Assembly: GCA_965645245.1 (NCBI GenBank)
Contig: OZ287067.1
Coordinates: 1,922,001-1,986,000, forward strand
DNA from: Massalongia carnosa
Taxonomy: Eukaryota
Length of the DNA stretch: 64,000 bases
Reading direction: 5' to 3'
Shown here: one piece after another, positions 1 to 11,488 of the stretch
How positions within the stretch are numbered: the stretch's first letter is position 1
Layout: each line of letters begins with the position of its first letter
The notes under the pieces: model-generated
What the model saw: the letters and a program-made list of their open reading frames with translations, nothing else
What the model was told of the DNA's origin: nothing
Databases searched by the model: none
Program-made: the position numbers and the translations under genes

Positions 1-1396
1 ATTTTTGTCTTGTAGAGTCCGTATTGTAGCGTCCATCTGCTTGATCATCTCTCGCTGCTTGACATCATCTGCATCAGACTGCTCCTTCCACCCCAATTGT
101 ATAGCCACACTTTCCGAAACAGGTCCGTACTTTGGACCCAAAACTTTGGATTTCAACCAGCAATTGGCAATTGTAGTAGAAGAAACGTCTTCTTGCCAAG
201 CAGCTACACTCCATCGAAGAGCTTGTAGAATATGAATTGACTTTAACGGATCGCGATCCAAATCATATTCCGAACAGATGTAATTCAACCAATGTCGACG
301 ATAATGAGCTTTAAAGGCCTTGATGATGCCTTGATCAAGAGGTTGACAGACGCTTGTGGCGTTGGCAGGTAAGAAAAGTACCTAAAAAGTTGATTAATCG
401 ACGCTCTTGAAAATACACATCAGTCTAACGTACCTTGACGTTGTTCAGAGCAGTTTCATCTGCTTCTAAAAGCTTCAATCCGGCGTGATGGGATGAAAAC
501 CCATCTACTAGAAGCACTACATTGCGATCTGCGGTCAAAGCGTTGAACCATAGAAGATACTCTTTGAATATCTTGCCAGTCATCCATGCTTTTTTGTTAT
601 GACGCCAAGTCATCGGTAGGTTTTCTATCTTGACGCCAGATCGAGCAAAACAGCGAGGCTTTGCTGCCGTTCCAATAAACCAGGGATCCATCTTGTGACC
701 CACGACATTACAACAAAGATTGATGGTGATTCTAGACTTATTCAACTTAACACCAGCTGAATCAGACACTGCCAAGGTACGATCCGGCGTCATTTTCCAG
801 TATAGAGCTGATTCGTCCATGTTATAGATGTCTTCATTAGGATACGACTTTAGTTCTTCCCTGAGATCCACGAGTTCAAGCTCCACTGTTGCTTGATCTA
901 CCGCAGCAGCTTCGCCATGACGAACTACTCTATGAATCTTATACCGCTTCTTGAAGCCGTCCAACCAGCCTGTTGGGAATTTGGGCTCCTCAACGCCTTG
1001 ATATTGCGGCATTCGAGCCCAGAATCTTTTGGCCATGGCCTTCAATATATCACCTGTTATGGTGGCATGCTTGAGCTCCTGTTTCTGCTGCCATTCGTAC
1101 AACGCCATCTCCAGATCTTCCCAATTTGCTGGCTGTCTCTTCTTTGATTGCGGATGAATGAGTCTTGAATCATCCAGATGATCATACTGATGAGACAAAC
1201 AGACAGAAACCGTGGATTGAGACAGCTTACGACCAAACTGATTTAGAAACCAGGCTATTAAGGAGTTGGAATTGGGCTTGGGATGATCCGCCTGATTATA
1301 GTGAGCTCGCAAGGCCTTTCTCTCAGCGTCAGTAATAGCTCGTCGTCGCTTGACGCAGGCGGAGGAGCTAATAGGTCTATTCAAGATGGACGACAT
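1..1396 (-). CDS. CENP-B/Tigger-like transposase (HTH plus DDE_1), with one intron; runs off the window
   Basis: Motifs GWLDGFKKRY, IYNMDESALYW, AWMT and LLVDGFSSH. A GT-AG intron at 433-382 joins NNVK to VLFLPANATSVCQPLDQGII, and the frame stays open to position 1. Confidence 0.88.
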
Positions 1397-1802
1397 GATG
1401 TTGTGAATACTCGGCGAATATCTTGGAAGTAGGAGGCTAGGTTATCAAATGGTAATACAACAAACGGGAACGACTTGGCTAATCAGCTTAACCAGAGCTT
1501 GATTTGTGACTGCTTATACTACTACCTCTAGTAAAGAGTGATTCTATGAAAATATAGCAGAATAGGCTCCCTATATATATACCTATCAAAAAACTACACT
1601 GCATTATTTAAGTAGGAAGTTCGGTCGAGGTGCAACCTGGCTTCTATGTATAACGATACCCTACAAAAATTTTGAGATTTACTAACGATATCGTAATAGG
1701 GAGATTATCGTTATTTTGCACCTAAAATTGCCGGATTTCTCCAACCAATCGTTGTGGAGCGATTATCGTTATAACCAAAATCGTTATAGGAAGGTTTGAC
1801 TG
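1..1802 (-). mobile_element. pogo/Tigger-like DNA transposon (Tc1/mariner superfamily), truncated by the window start
   Basis: The end at 1802 reads TA|CAGTCAAACCTTCCTATAACG on the minus strand (pogo-like TIR, TA at 1803-1804). Contains a CENP-B-type transposase ORF. Confidence 0.85.
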
Positions 1803-1992
1803 TAATACAATAGAACTGCCTTAGTACTGCGTCGCTCTACGAGCTGTCTAAGCCCCTTCGGGTTAGTCAATTTCGCTAAGCTCCTTCGGATTAGTGATTA
1901 AGATAGCACGTCTGAGCGCAAAATGACGTGTCCAGTTAAGCCCTTTCGGGTTAACAGGCTGACTACGCAGCACATCTGTAGAGCCCAAAACT

Positions 1993-2834
1993 TGCCTCAG
2001 TACCTCAGACTTGCCCGGCTAAGCCCCTTCGGGTTAACAGGCTGACTACGCAGCACTTCTGTAGCAAGTCTGAGCCCAACACTCAAGATTACGGTCAGAT
2101 ATTGTGATGAAGCGAGATAGTGAATAGATTTCTACCATTGCGCCACCTGTCCTTCCCGACCAAAAGGCACAATACTTAGTTCGCAGACCAAGCTCTATTC
2201 TACTATAACTGGGACTCCTGCTATGTTCGCTGTAGGTCCTGCCGTCCGCACCACGCTTGGTCGAACCGTTACAGATATGGCTTAACGATCCTGACAAGAA
2301 CGATTTCGACCTTATAGAACAACGTCACAACTTCATTGTTTCATGTTTGTAACGTCGTCGTCGCTTGATATGATCATGATCAATGTATTTTTGAATTTTC
2401 CGTTATAAATTTCAATCTTTATTTATGTTTATAACGTGCAGAGCAATTTTACATACATCTTGTTATTTTCGTTAAGTCGATTCTCGATTTCTATGCGAAG
2501 TGCAATCAGATTGCCCCACATGAACTTTACAACGAACAGGAATTTCAGGAAACTTTCTATACAAATTCTATACAAATTCTACTTGAATTCTTTCGAAGAA
2601 ATAGCCTGTTTCAAACGAAAAAGCAAGACGTCAAAATGTCAAAAAATCGCAATAATACACGATTTATTACGAATATCTGACCGTAATATTGAGTTTTGCG
2701 CTCAGACGTGCTATCGCAACCACGTTAGTCAGCAGGGACGCTAATCCGAAGGAGCTTAGCGAAATAGGCTAACCCGGAGGGACGAGGGGCTTAGACAGCT
2801 CCTAGAGCCCACGCACGTCTGAGGTACTGAGGCA
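1993..2834. mobile_element. Complete inner non-autonomous copy with 18-bp terminal inverted repeat and ~10-bp TSD
   Basis: TGCCTCAGTACCTCAGAC...GTCTGAGGTACTGAGGCA, flanked by GCCCAAAACT (1983-1992) and ACCCAAAACT (2835-2844). Confidence 0.8.
2103..2273. mobile_element. 171-bp solo LTR (family X, copy 1)
   Basis: TG...CA ends, 5-bp TSD GATAT (2098-2102 and 2274-2278), four more copies in the window. Confidence 0.9.
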
Positions 2835-3985
2835 ACCCAAAACTCAAGATTACGGTCAGATATTGACAAGAACGATTTCGACCTCATAGAACGATGTCAC
2901 AACTTCATTGTTTTCATGTTTGTAACGTCGTCGCTTGATATGATCCTGATCAATGTATTTTGATTTTTTCGTTATAAATTTCAATCTTTATTTATGTTTA
3001 TAACGTGCAGAGCAATTTTACATACATCTTGTTATTTTCGTTAAGTCGATTCTCGATTTCTATGCGAAGTGCAATCAGATTGCCCCACATGAACTTTACA
3101 ACGAACAGGAATTTCGGGAAACTTTCTATACAAATTCTATACAAATTCTACTTGAATTCTTTCGAAGAAATAGCCTGTTTCAAACGAAAAAGCAAGACGT
3201 CAAAATGTCAAAAAATCGCAATAATACACGATTTATTACGAATATCTGACCGTAATATTGAGTTTTGCGCGCTATCGCAGCCACGTTAGTCAGCTGGGAC
3301 GCTAATCCGGAGGAGCTTAGCGAAATAGGCTAACCTGGAGGGGCTTAGACGGCTCCTAGAGGCCACACGTCTGAGGTACTGAGGCAATAAAATTCAGCAT
3401 TACGGTCAGATATTTGTAATATGTATTAATCGTGTCAAGAAACTAGTAATCGAAGCGAGTCGCCTACTTGTCATGAAATCGAACCAACCCGATCCAGAAT
3501 CAATCCCGCAGATGAATCTGACTAAGCTCCCGTTCCTCTATTCAGCTTAGTCAGAATCTCATTAACTAAATCGAGTTTAGACCCTCTCAACGGCTTCAGG
3601 TCAAAGTTGTACCATCACCATCAAAGCGTACCAACGACAGGAGAACCTCATCTCCACCTTTTATCGTCAAACACCTCGTCAAACCTTCGTGCCGTACGTC
3701 TCCTAATAGGGGGAGATGAACACTGATCGAATCTTCATGCAAAGGGGTTCGAGACAAATATAAAAGGAAGGACAAGTTAATTAGATAGTTGACTCCTTGT
3801 CCGACGTCTTGTATAGCAATCCATCACCTAGCTATAGCCTTATTAATAAAGACATCTTGATCACCCAATCCAATTCCTAGGAACATTAGTTCAATCCCCT
3901 GCCCAGTCCTTGACATTACGTCGGACCTACATCGAAAGGTGCCTTTCATAGCACTAGCCCCTGTCCCCCCTCATATTCCACCATC

Positions 3986-5179
3986 ATGTCTTCGTCTTCA
4001 GAAGAGATGACCGTCCCCCAAAATCCTCTCATCGACGAGAACGTGAAGTTGTTTCAAAACCAGTTCCAAACCAATCCTGAAGCATTTGTCGCGGAAATAC
4101 GACGACTTCAAGACGAGGTGGCCCGGTTGCAGGCCGCCCCAGCTCCCGACCCCCCTATACCCACTCCAGCATCAACCTCGTCTCCCTCGTCCGTTCCGGC
4201 AATGGACCCTCAGATAGCTGCCCTCCTGCAGCTCCTTTTGACCCGGAATTCCGAGTCCAAAACCGATCTTCGTTCCGAAAAACTTCCCGACATCTCCGAG
4301 TACGATGGAGATGAAGCCAAGTTGGACTCCTGGGAACAGAGCCTGATTCAACGGATGCACGTTAATCATGATCGATACTCCACCGATGCCTCCAAGATTG
4401 CATACGCGGAGAATCGGCTCACCATCGGGAAACGAGCTCACAACCTTATGAATGCGTATCGAGTGGATGGCATTTGTAGACTCACCACCTTCTCCGAATG
4501 GCGTTCTGCTCTTCGCCTAGCCTGCGGCAACCCCTTCGAACAAGAGGATGCCCGTAAGTACCTTCGAGAAACCCTCAAGCAGGGCTCTCTGAGTTTCGAA
4601 GAGTACAACACTCTCTTCTCTCAGAAAAAAGACCGATCCAGAATGGAAGACGCTTCGTTGATTGATGCCATGAAGGCAAACATCAACTACTCCGTTCAAA
4701 CCGCGGCCGTCCACTACCGAGTCCCCGGCACCAATCTGGAGCCAATCACCTTCGACGAGCACGTCGCAATGTGGTTAAGCACGGACCGGAAAATCCGTCA
4801 GATCCGTCATCTGGCACCCAAGGCCACGACTCCGGCCACATCAGCTCCCGCCAATCGAAGAAACGGCACCAACCTTCCTGCTGCCCCTTTCCCCCGCACT
4901 GTCGTCAAGGGCACGGTCACCCCATCGATCCCAACCCCCGCCTTCCCCCCAGCTGGAGACCCCATGGACCTAAGTCAGGCCATGGCGGCTGTCAAAGGTC
5001 AGTCGTTGAAAACCGAGGGAGTAAGGAAGATCTGCGAGAATTGGAACCTGTGCTTCTATTGCAAATTGCAACACCTCGGGTCGGCCTCCGACTGTCCAAA
5101 TAAGCCTACCAAACGCCTTCGCAACATGGAAGTCGTCTCGACCCTCACTCCCGAGACTGACGACTCGGGAAACGTCTAG
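3986..5179 (+). CDS. gag: Gag of Gypsy element 1
   Basis: 397-aa ORF after the 5' LTR: EKLPDISEYDG, LKQG...F..Y, PMDL, and a degenerate Zn-knuckle CFYCKLQH...C. Confidence 0.9.
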   Translation: MSSSSEEMTVPQNPLIDENVKLFQNQFQTNPEAFVAEIRRLQDEVARLQAAPAPDPPIPTPASTSSPSSVPAMDPQIAALLQLLLTRNSESKTDLRSEKLPDISEYDGDEAKLDSWEQSLIQRMHVNHDRYSTDASKIAYAENRLTIGKRAHNLMNAYRVDGICRLTTFSEWRSALRLACGNPFEQEDARKYLRETLKQGSLSFEEYNTLFSQKKDRSRMEDASLIDAMKANINYSVQTAAVHYRVPGTNLEPITFDEHVAMWLSTDRKIRQIRHLAPKATTPATSAPANRRNGTNLPAAPFPRTVVKGTVTPSIPTPAFPPAGDPMDLSQAMAAVKGQSLKTEGVRKICENWNLCFYCKLQHLGSASDCPNKPTKRLRNMEVVSTLTPETDDSGNV

Positions 5180-8100
5180 ACTCTGCGCATCGTCGCGCGC
5201 AGAGCCCTATTTTAATTTCTTCTTGTCTGTTAGCCAACTCGTTTTCTCCTCCCCTTCAATCAAACACTCGTTTTTCCGCAGCCTCCGCTTTGGAGCTGTT
5301 TGAAACCGAAGAAGCGTTTCGAGATAGCCACCTAGTGGTATCATGTATCTTACGTTTAGGTAGATCTCGAATTCAAGCTCTCAATCTGATTGATTGTGGT
5401 GCATCTGGCTATGCATTCATTGACAAGAAGTTTGCGCAAACTCACCAAATCCCCCTTCATCCCCTCAAATACGCCCGACGCCTTGAAGGCTTCGACGGTC
5501 AGCCGGCTCTGACTGGAAATATCACTCATGTGGCCGAGGTAATCATGGACTTAAACGGACATGTAGAAAGATTATTCCTTTTCGTAACAGGACTGAAAAC
5601 CTACCCCATCGTCCTGGGACACCCGTGGTTGCGACGACATCAAGCTCTCGCTGATTTCGAGTCCAACTCTCTCTCCCTGTCTTCCTCTTTCTGCCTGGCT
5701 CATTGTAACCCTCATCCAGTCAAGGTGAAGGCCTACACGGGCGAGAAATTCCTATCTCCTGCGGAAAGTCAGGAAGTATGGGAATCGGAAAACTACTCGT
5801 CCAATAGTCAAATCCTGTCCGAAAAACCTGTCCTGTCCGATAAAACCACGCCGCGCGATAGTAAGACAACTTCTCTCGAAAATCAGGACATCAGTCGTAT
5901 CGAAAAAGCGATTGAACAGGGCGACTCACCGAATATCCGATATCGAAGTCCCTCTTCGTATCGCACCTCCACTCAGCGACATGCTGCCCAGCAGAATCGC
6001 AATCCTCCTGTTTTGGACGGCTGTGAAATCGGCGCCCTCAACTTCAACTATCTCGGACGAAAAAAGAGTCACGAGATGTTTGCTCTCTCCTTGAAAGAAA
6101 TGGATCACTTTCTCGGCCTGACTCAACCTGAACCTAAGCCTGAACCCAAACCCGAATCTCGCCTTCGTCAAGAGACTGACTGGGCACACTCGAAACCAAC
6201 CTACCAACCCAACCCCCGGTCCAGCCCTAGTGAAAAGAAATATCACTTAGCCCTGTTCCGTATGAACCAGGCTCTGACACAGTTATGTTCAGTGACCGAA
6301 CCCGAACCTCAACCCTTGACACTGCAATCATCAGTGACCGCCGAAGAACTGAACGCTTATCGTGAGCGAAAGAACGTCGACCCAGCCCCCCTTCTACCCA
6401 AACAGTATCACGACTTTCTGGATGTCTTCTCCAAAAAAGAATCGGACGTCCTGCCCGAACACCGACCCTACGACCATGCCATAAAGCTAAAAGAAGGCTC
6501 TCCAATCCCGAATCAAGCTCTTTATGGCATGAGTCGAACCGAAATCGAAGAACTCCGACGCTACCTTGATGAGAACCTGTCGAAAGGCTTCATCCGAGCT
6601 AGTAAATCCCCCGCTGCCTCCCCAGTCATGTTCGTAAAGAAGCCAGGAGGAGGACTTCGCTTCTGTGTCGACTATCGAGGCCTCAATGCCATCACGATTA
6701 AGAATCGGTATCCGCTTCCCCTGATCACCGAAACCCTGAATCGCCTGAGTCGGGCTAAGATATTCACCAAGCTGGACATTATTTCAGCGTTCAATCGGCT
6801 CCGCATCAAGGAAGGAGATGAAGAACTCACCGCAGTCAGAACCCGTTTTGGCCTCTTCGAATCCCTGGTCCTACCATTCGGCCTCTGTAACGGCCCCGCC
6901 TCCTTTCAACACTTCATCAATGATACTCTTCGAGAGTATCCCGACGACTTTTGCACGGCCTATCTAGATGACATTCTCATCTACAGCGAAATTGAAGGCG
7001 AGCATGAAATCCACGTCAAACGTATCCTCATCAAGCTGAGAGAAGCCGGGCTGCAAGTAGACATCACCAAATGCAAATTTCATATCACAGAAGTTGCCTA
7101 TCTCGGACTAATCGTAACCACCGAGGGAATCAAAATGGACCCCGCTAAAATCGAAACAGTAACTCATTGGCCAATACCGATCAATATGAAAGATGTACAA
7201 AGCTTTCTGGGATTTGCTAACTTCTATAGACGATTCGTATACGGCTTTAGTAAGATAGCCGGCCCACTGACGAATCTAACCAAAAAGGAGGTCAGCTTTC
7301 AATGGACTGACAAATGTCAACAGGCATTCGAAACTCTAAAAAAAGCTTTCACCTCGGAACTAATACTGATGCATTTCGATCCCGATCGTCCTATCATCGT
7401 GGAAACCGATGCTTCGGACTACGTCTCTGGTGGTATCCTTTCTCAGTATGACAACGAGAACGTGCTTCGCCCCATCGCATACTTCTCCAAGAAACACAAC
7501 CCGGCCGAATGCAATTATGAGATCTATGACAAGGAACTCATGGCCATCGTCCGATGCTTCGAAGAATGGAGACCGGAATTGGAAGGTTCTGCTCACCCCA
7601 TCAGCGTTATCTCAGATCATAAGAATTTGGAATACTTCGCTTCAACCAAACAACTCAGTCGTCGTCAAGCTCGCTGGTCCGAATTCTTATCCCGATTTGA
7701 CTTTAAAATAGTCTATCGACCCGGAAAAGCTGGTGGAAAACCAGATGCACTGACTCGTCGCTCAGGAGACCTCCCTAAAGAGGGGGATGAAACTGATGAA
7801 AGACATAAACATCAGCATCAAACCATCCTGAAAACTCATAACCTGGACGACGAAGTGGCGAAAAGTTTCTTATCCACGATTATCCTAGCCCCCGCGTTCA
7901 TCGAACAGGATCCCGAGTCCGTTGAACATGATCACGAGTTCATTGAACCTGAACCACAGCTGGATCAGCCTGCCGACCAAACCAATCCTGGCCAAGACCC
8001 GACCGACGTCCCAACTCAGCTGTTATGGGAACAAGCTCTGGAACAGGATCAATTCTCTCTGAAAGTTCTAGACATGCTTCGCAATAATGTCAGATATCAT

Positions 8101-9558
8101 AACGGCATTCAGCTAGCCGAATGTGAAGATAAAGAAGGGATTCTTTATTTTCGAAACCGTCGATACGTACCCAATTCGGATCGGCTCCGTCTCCGTCTCA
8201 TTCAACAGGCACACGACAGCGTAGCAGGTGGCCATCCCGGTCGTTCCAAATGCTACGAACTAATGAATCGATCATACTGGTGGCCCAGTATGCATCAAAC
8301 CGTCAAACGATTCATTCGTAACTGTCACACCTGTAGACGATCCAAACCATCCCGCCAACGATACCAAGGATGGCTACGCCCTCTGTCCCCACCCGAACGT
8401 CGATGGCGTGACGTTTCCATGGACTACGTAGGTCCGCTGCCTCCGAGCACCTTCATGGGTATAACCTATCGTTATATCCTCGTCTTCATCGATCGCCTTT
8501 CCAAGATGCGATATTTCGTCCCCACCACCTCCATGGAGGTAGAAGAGGCTGCTAACTCCTTCTACCAAAATGTATGGAAATTACACGGTCTCCCAGACGC
8601 CTTGATTTCGGATCGAGGCACCCAATTCACCTCCGATTTCTGGGACATCATGTGTAAACGGCTTAGAATTGATGCTAGGCTATCAACCAGTTTTCATCCC
8701 GAGACAGATGGCCAAACCGAGAGGGCTAATGCAACCATGGAGCACTATCTTCGGGCATACGTCAATTACATGCAAGATGACTGGGCCCAGTACTTACCCG
8801 GTGCCGAATTCTCCAGCAATAACACCGACTCTTCCAGCATTCTCGCCTCTCCCTTCCTGGCTAATTATGGACAACACCCCAGGGTAGGATTCGAACCCGA
8901 AGAGCCCCTTCCGCAAGACCTGACCGCCCAGGGAATCGCTAACCTGATCGCCGCCAATCGATTCGTAGACAAGATGCGAGACGTAGACACTCACCTACGA
9001 GAAGAGATGTTGATCGCGCAGGCCTCATACGAATCTTCCGCCAATGAGAACCGCCGTCCCTGTCCTCGTTATCTTGTAGGAGACATGGTATGGCTGAACA
9101 CCCGAAATATCCAGACAGCCCGTCCGGCAGCCAAACTGGACGATCGAAATGTCGGTCCTTACCGAGTCTGTAAGGTGTTCGCCAACCCTCTTGTTGTTCA
9201 ACTGGAACTCCCCGACACGGTTAAAATTCATCCGGTCTTTCATGTAAATCTGCTACAACACGACGCAGACGACCCCCTCCCAGGACAAATTCCCGAGCTT
9301 CGCGACCCAATAATAGCCGAAGATGGACAGCGAGAATGGTATGTCAACAGCATTCTGAACTCGAAACTGGACAGACGTTATCAACCTCCGCTTCTCAAGT
9401 ATTTCGTCAACTGGGAAGGACATACCCCCACCTGGGAGCCATTTCACCTACTAACCAACTGCCAACAAGCTCTGGACGAATTCCACGAAGCCTATCCTGG
9501 TGCATCCGGCCCACATCTCACCCCCTGTTCCATTCCTCGATGTCGCTGTCATGAATAA
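5173..9558 (+). CDS. pol: Pol (protease-RT-RNase H-integrase-chromodomain), in the -1 frame relative to gag
   Basis: LIDCGASG, LRFCVDYRGLN, YLDD, ETDASD, NYEIYDKEL, HHCC zinc finger, SDRGTQF, FHPETDGQTER and a C-terminal chromodomain. The frame is open from the slippery site G GGA AAC (5167-5173). Confidence 0.95.
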   Translation, partial: RLDSAHRRAQSPILISSCLLANSFSPPLQSNTRFSAASALELFETEEAFRDSHLVVSCILRLGRSRIQALNLIDCGASGYAFIDKKFAQTHQIPLHPLKYARRLEGFDGQPALTGNITHVAEVIMDLNGHVERLFLFVTGLKTYPIVLGHPWLRRHQALADFESNSLSLSSSFCLAHCNPHPVKVKAYTGEKFLSPAESQEVWESENYSSNSQILSEKPVLSDKTTPRDSKTTSLENQDISRIEKAIEQGDSPNIRYRSPSSYRTSTQRHAAQQNRNPPVLDGCEIGALNFNYLGRKKSHEMFALSLKEMDHFLGLTQPEPKPEPKPESRLRQETDWAHSKPTYQPNPRSSPSEKKYHLALFRMNQALTQLCSVTEPEPQPLTLQSSVTAEELNAYRERKNVDPAPLLPKQYHDFLDVFSKKESDVLPEHRPYDHAIKLKEGSPIPNQALYGMSRTEIEELRRYLDENLSKGFIRASKSPAASPVMFVKKPGGGLRFCVDYRGLNAITIKNRYPLPLITETLNRLSRAKIFTKLDIISAFNRLRIKEGDEELTAVRTRFGLFESLVLPFGLCNGPASFQHFINDTLREYPDDFCTAYLDDILIYSEIEGEHEIHVKRILIKLREAGLQVDITKCKFHITEVAYLGLIVTTEGIKMDPAKIETVTHWPIPINMKDVQSFLGFANFYRRFVYGFSKIAGPLTNLTKKEVSFQWTDKCQQAFETLKKAFTSELILMHFDPDRPIIVETDASDYVSGGILSQYDNENVLRPIAYFSKKHNPAECNYEIYDKELMAIVRCFEEWRPELEGSAHPISVISDHKNLEYFASTKQLSRRQARWSEFLSRFDFKIVYRPGKAGGKPDALTRRSGDLPKEGDETDERHKHQHQTILKTHNLDDEVAKSFLSTIILAPAFIEQDPESVEHDHEFIEPEPQLDQPADQTNPGQDPTDVPTQLLWEQALEQDQFSLKVLDMLRNNVRYHNGIQLAECEDKEGILYFRNRRYVPNSDRLRLRLIQQAHDSVAGGHPGRSKCYELMNRSYWWPSMHQTVKRFIRNCHTCRRSKPSRQRYQGWLRPLSPPERRWRDVSMDYVGPLPPSTFMGITYRYILVFIDRLSKMRYFVPTTSMEVEEAANSFYQNVWKLHGLPDALISDRGTQFTSDFWDIMCKRLRIDARLSTSFHPETDGQTERANATMEHYLRAYVNYMQDDWAQYLPGAEFSSNNTDSSSILASPFLANYGQHPRVGFEPEEPLPQDLTAQGIANLIAANRFVDKMRDVDTHLREEMLIAQASYESSANENRRPCPRYLVGDMVWLNTRNIQTARPAAKLDDRNVGPYRVCKVFANPLVVQLELPDTVKIHPVFHVNLLQHDADDPLPGQIPELRDPIIAEDGQREWYVNSILNSKLDRRYQPPLLKYFVNWEGHTPTWEPFHLLTNCQQALDEFHEAYPGASGPHLTPCSIPRCRCHE

Positions 9559-9679
9559 AACTGCTTCGCAGGAGCTCAGCTCTTGAAAGGGGAGCTACTG
9601 TCATGAAATCGAACCAACCCGATCCAGAATCAATCCCGCAGATGAATCTGACTAAGCTCCCGTTCCTCTATTCAGCTTA

Positions 9680-11488
9680 ACGTATTTACTAGCCAATCGG
9701 GCCAGCTACCCATTCGGGCCACCCACCAAAACCAACACCAAAATTTCAACTTTTTCGCCTTGCATCTTGTACCACACCACCATGGCCTCATCAAATGAAA
9801 CCATCATTGATGTTAATAGTTCTGATACTAGAATGGAATTAGCTATCGCTGAGTTGAAAAGAAATCCTGCTATATCTCAGCGTCAATTAGCTAAGGAGTA
9901 TAACGTGCCTAGATCTACCCTTCAAGCACGTATTCACGGTCGGAAATCAGCCAAAACCTATCATGAAGAGTCTCAACGATTATCAGTAATTGAGGAAAGG
10001 GCTCTGATTGGCTGGATAGAACAGATGACCGAGTGGGGCTGGCCCCCACGCATACAACATCTAGAAAGCATGGCAAAAAATCTTCTGAATGCGAAGGGCG
10101 ATAGCGAGCCTTTGGGTCATTGTTGGTATCAGAATTTTTTAAAGAGACACCCTGATTTCAAGTGCAAACACAGTAGAAATCTGGATCAAGTCCGAAAAGA
10201 TGCTGGAAACGTTGATATCATAAAAGACTGGTATCAATTATACTCGACTACCCGAACGAAGTATGGAATAGCCGACGGAGATGTATACAACATGGATGAA
10301 AAAGGGTTTGCCATGGGCATCGCCGATAGCTCCAAAGTGTTAGTAAAAGTCACTGAAGCTGAAGCATTCAACGTCCATTCGGGTAATAGGGACTGGGTTT
10401 CAATGATTGAATGTGTTTCATCTTTGGGATCCGTTTTACCAGCTTATTTTATATTTCAAGGAGTTTCGAGTACAGCAAGCCTGGCTAGGTCCTATCAAGG
10501 ATAATAGGACCACCTTACAAGTCAGTCCCAATGGATGGACCACCAACGAAATAGCACTCCATTGGCTGAAAGAGGTGTTCGATTTGCATACTCGACATAC
10601 GCAGGGCGTTTATAGACTTCTTATACTCGATGGACACGAAAGTCATGTATCTATCGATTTTATGACTTATTGCGAGCAACATAAAATCATACCGCTTTGT
10701 TTGCCCCCTCATTCAACTCATCTATTGCAACCTCTGGATGTGGGCGTTTTTTCACCTCTAGCTAAGGCCTATAAAAAACGGGTAGCAAATCACTCTCGCT
10801 ATGGGGCCGTCAACGTTTCGAAGATAGATTTTCTAAGTTATATTCAGGAGGCTAGAAAGGAGGCCATGACTATTATCAACATCAGCTCTGCATGGCGAGG
10901 TGCAGGTCTAGTACCACTCGATCCAAATTATGTTCTAGCTAAAGTATCGAGATCAAAACCTTTTCCGCGTGATATTAACGCTATCAGTACTCCGAAAACA
11001 ATCAAGAAAATCAGAGAGACTAGTGAGACCCTTCTACAAAATATAACTCCGTCTCTTCGAGGGCCTGTTGAACAGCTGAAAATCATAGCTCTTAATGCTA
11101 TTGCTGATAAAACCATTCTAACACAGTCAAATCAGGAGCTTATTGATAAACAAAAGACTCGACGTACAAAGCAGTCTAGAAAGGGTTGTGAAAAGGCTAA
11201 GGTGCTGACTGTGGGTGCAGCACGTACAATGATGGAAGAAAAGGAGAAGGCGGCTGAGGCAATAGCCAATCAAAAGGCTAGATATCATGCCTTAAACGGA
11301 AAGGTAAAATTTGCGAAAATAGTATATAAAGAGATGGGTATGAATATTGATATTTTCATGTAATTATATTGGAAATAGATGATGATAAAATCATGTAATA
11401 ATGGTTGTTAAGTTGATAAGATGATTTGGTCAAATTTTTGGTGGGGTGGCCCGACTGGGTAGCTGGCCCGTTTGGCTAGTAAATACGT
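9680..11488 (+). mobile_element. Fot1/pogo transposon inserted in the 3' LTR of Gypsy 1
   Basis: TIR ACGTATTTACTAGCCAA(T/A)CGGGCCAGCTACCC at both ends; TA duplication at 9678-9679 and 11489-11490. Confidence 0.95.
9782..11363 (+). pseudogene. Fot1-type transposase with a single frameshift near 10465
   Basis: HTH (YNVPRSTL) and YNMDEKGF, then GWTTNE, LILDGHESH and HLLQPLDVG in a second frame. One extra T in GGAGTTTCGA. Confidence 0.9.

Larger units (their letters stand above)
1817..3420. mobile_element. Nest of about three non-autonomous (MITE-like) elements with TGCCTCAGTACCTCAGAC termini, related to the Academ-like element at 22013
   Basis: Terminus at 1993 (+), 2834 (-), 3386 (-) and a degenerate copy at 1817. 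The internal ~550 bp is duplicated (about 2296-2863 vs 2864-3414). Confidence 0.75.

Noticed and set aside
2436..3289. Two near-identical ~100-aa ORFs (2436-2744, 3005-3289)
   Set aside because: GTG starts in the AT-rich interior of a duplicated MITE, with no recognisable domain; the identity reflects the DNA duplication.
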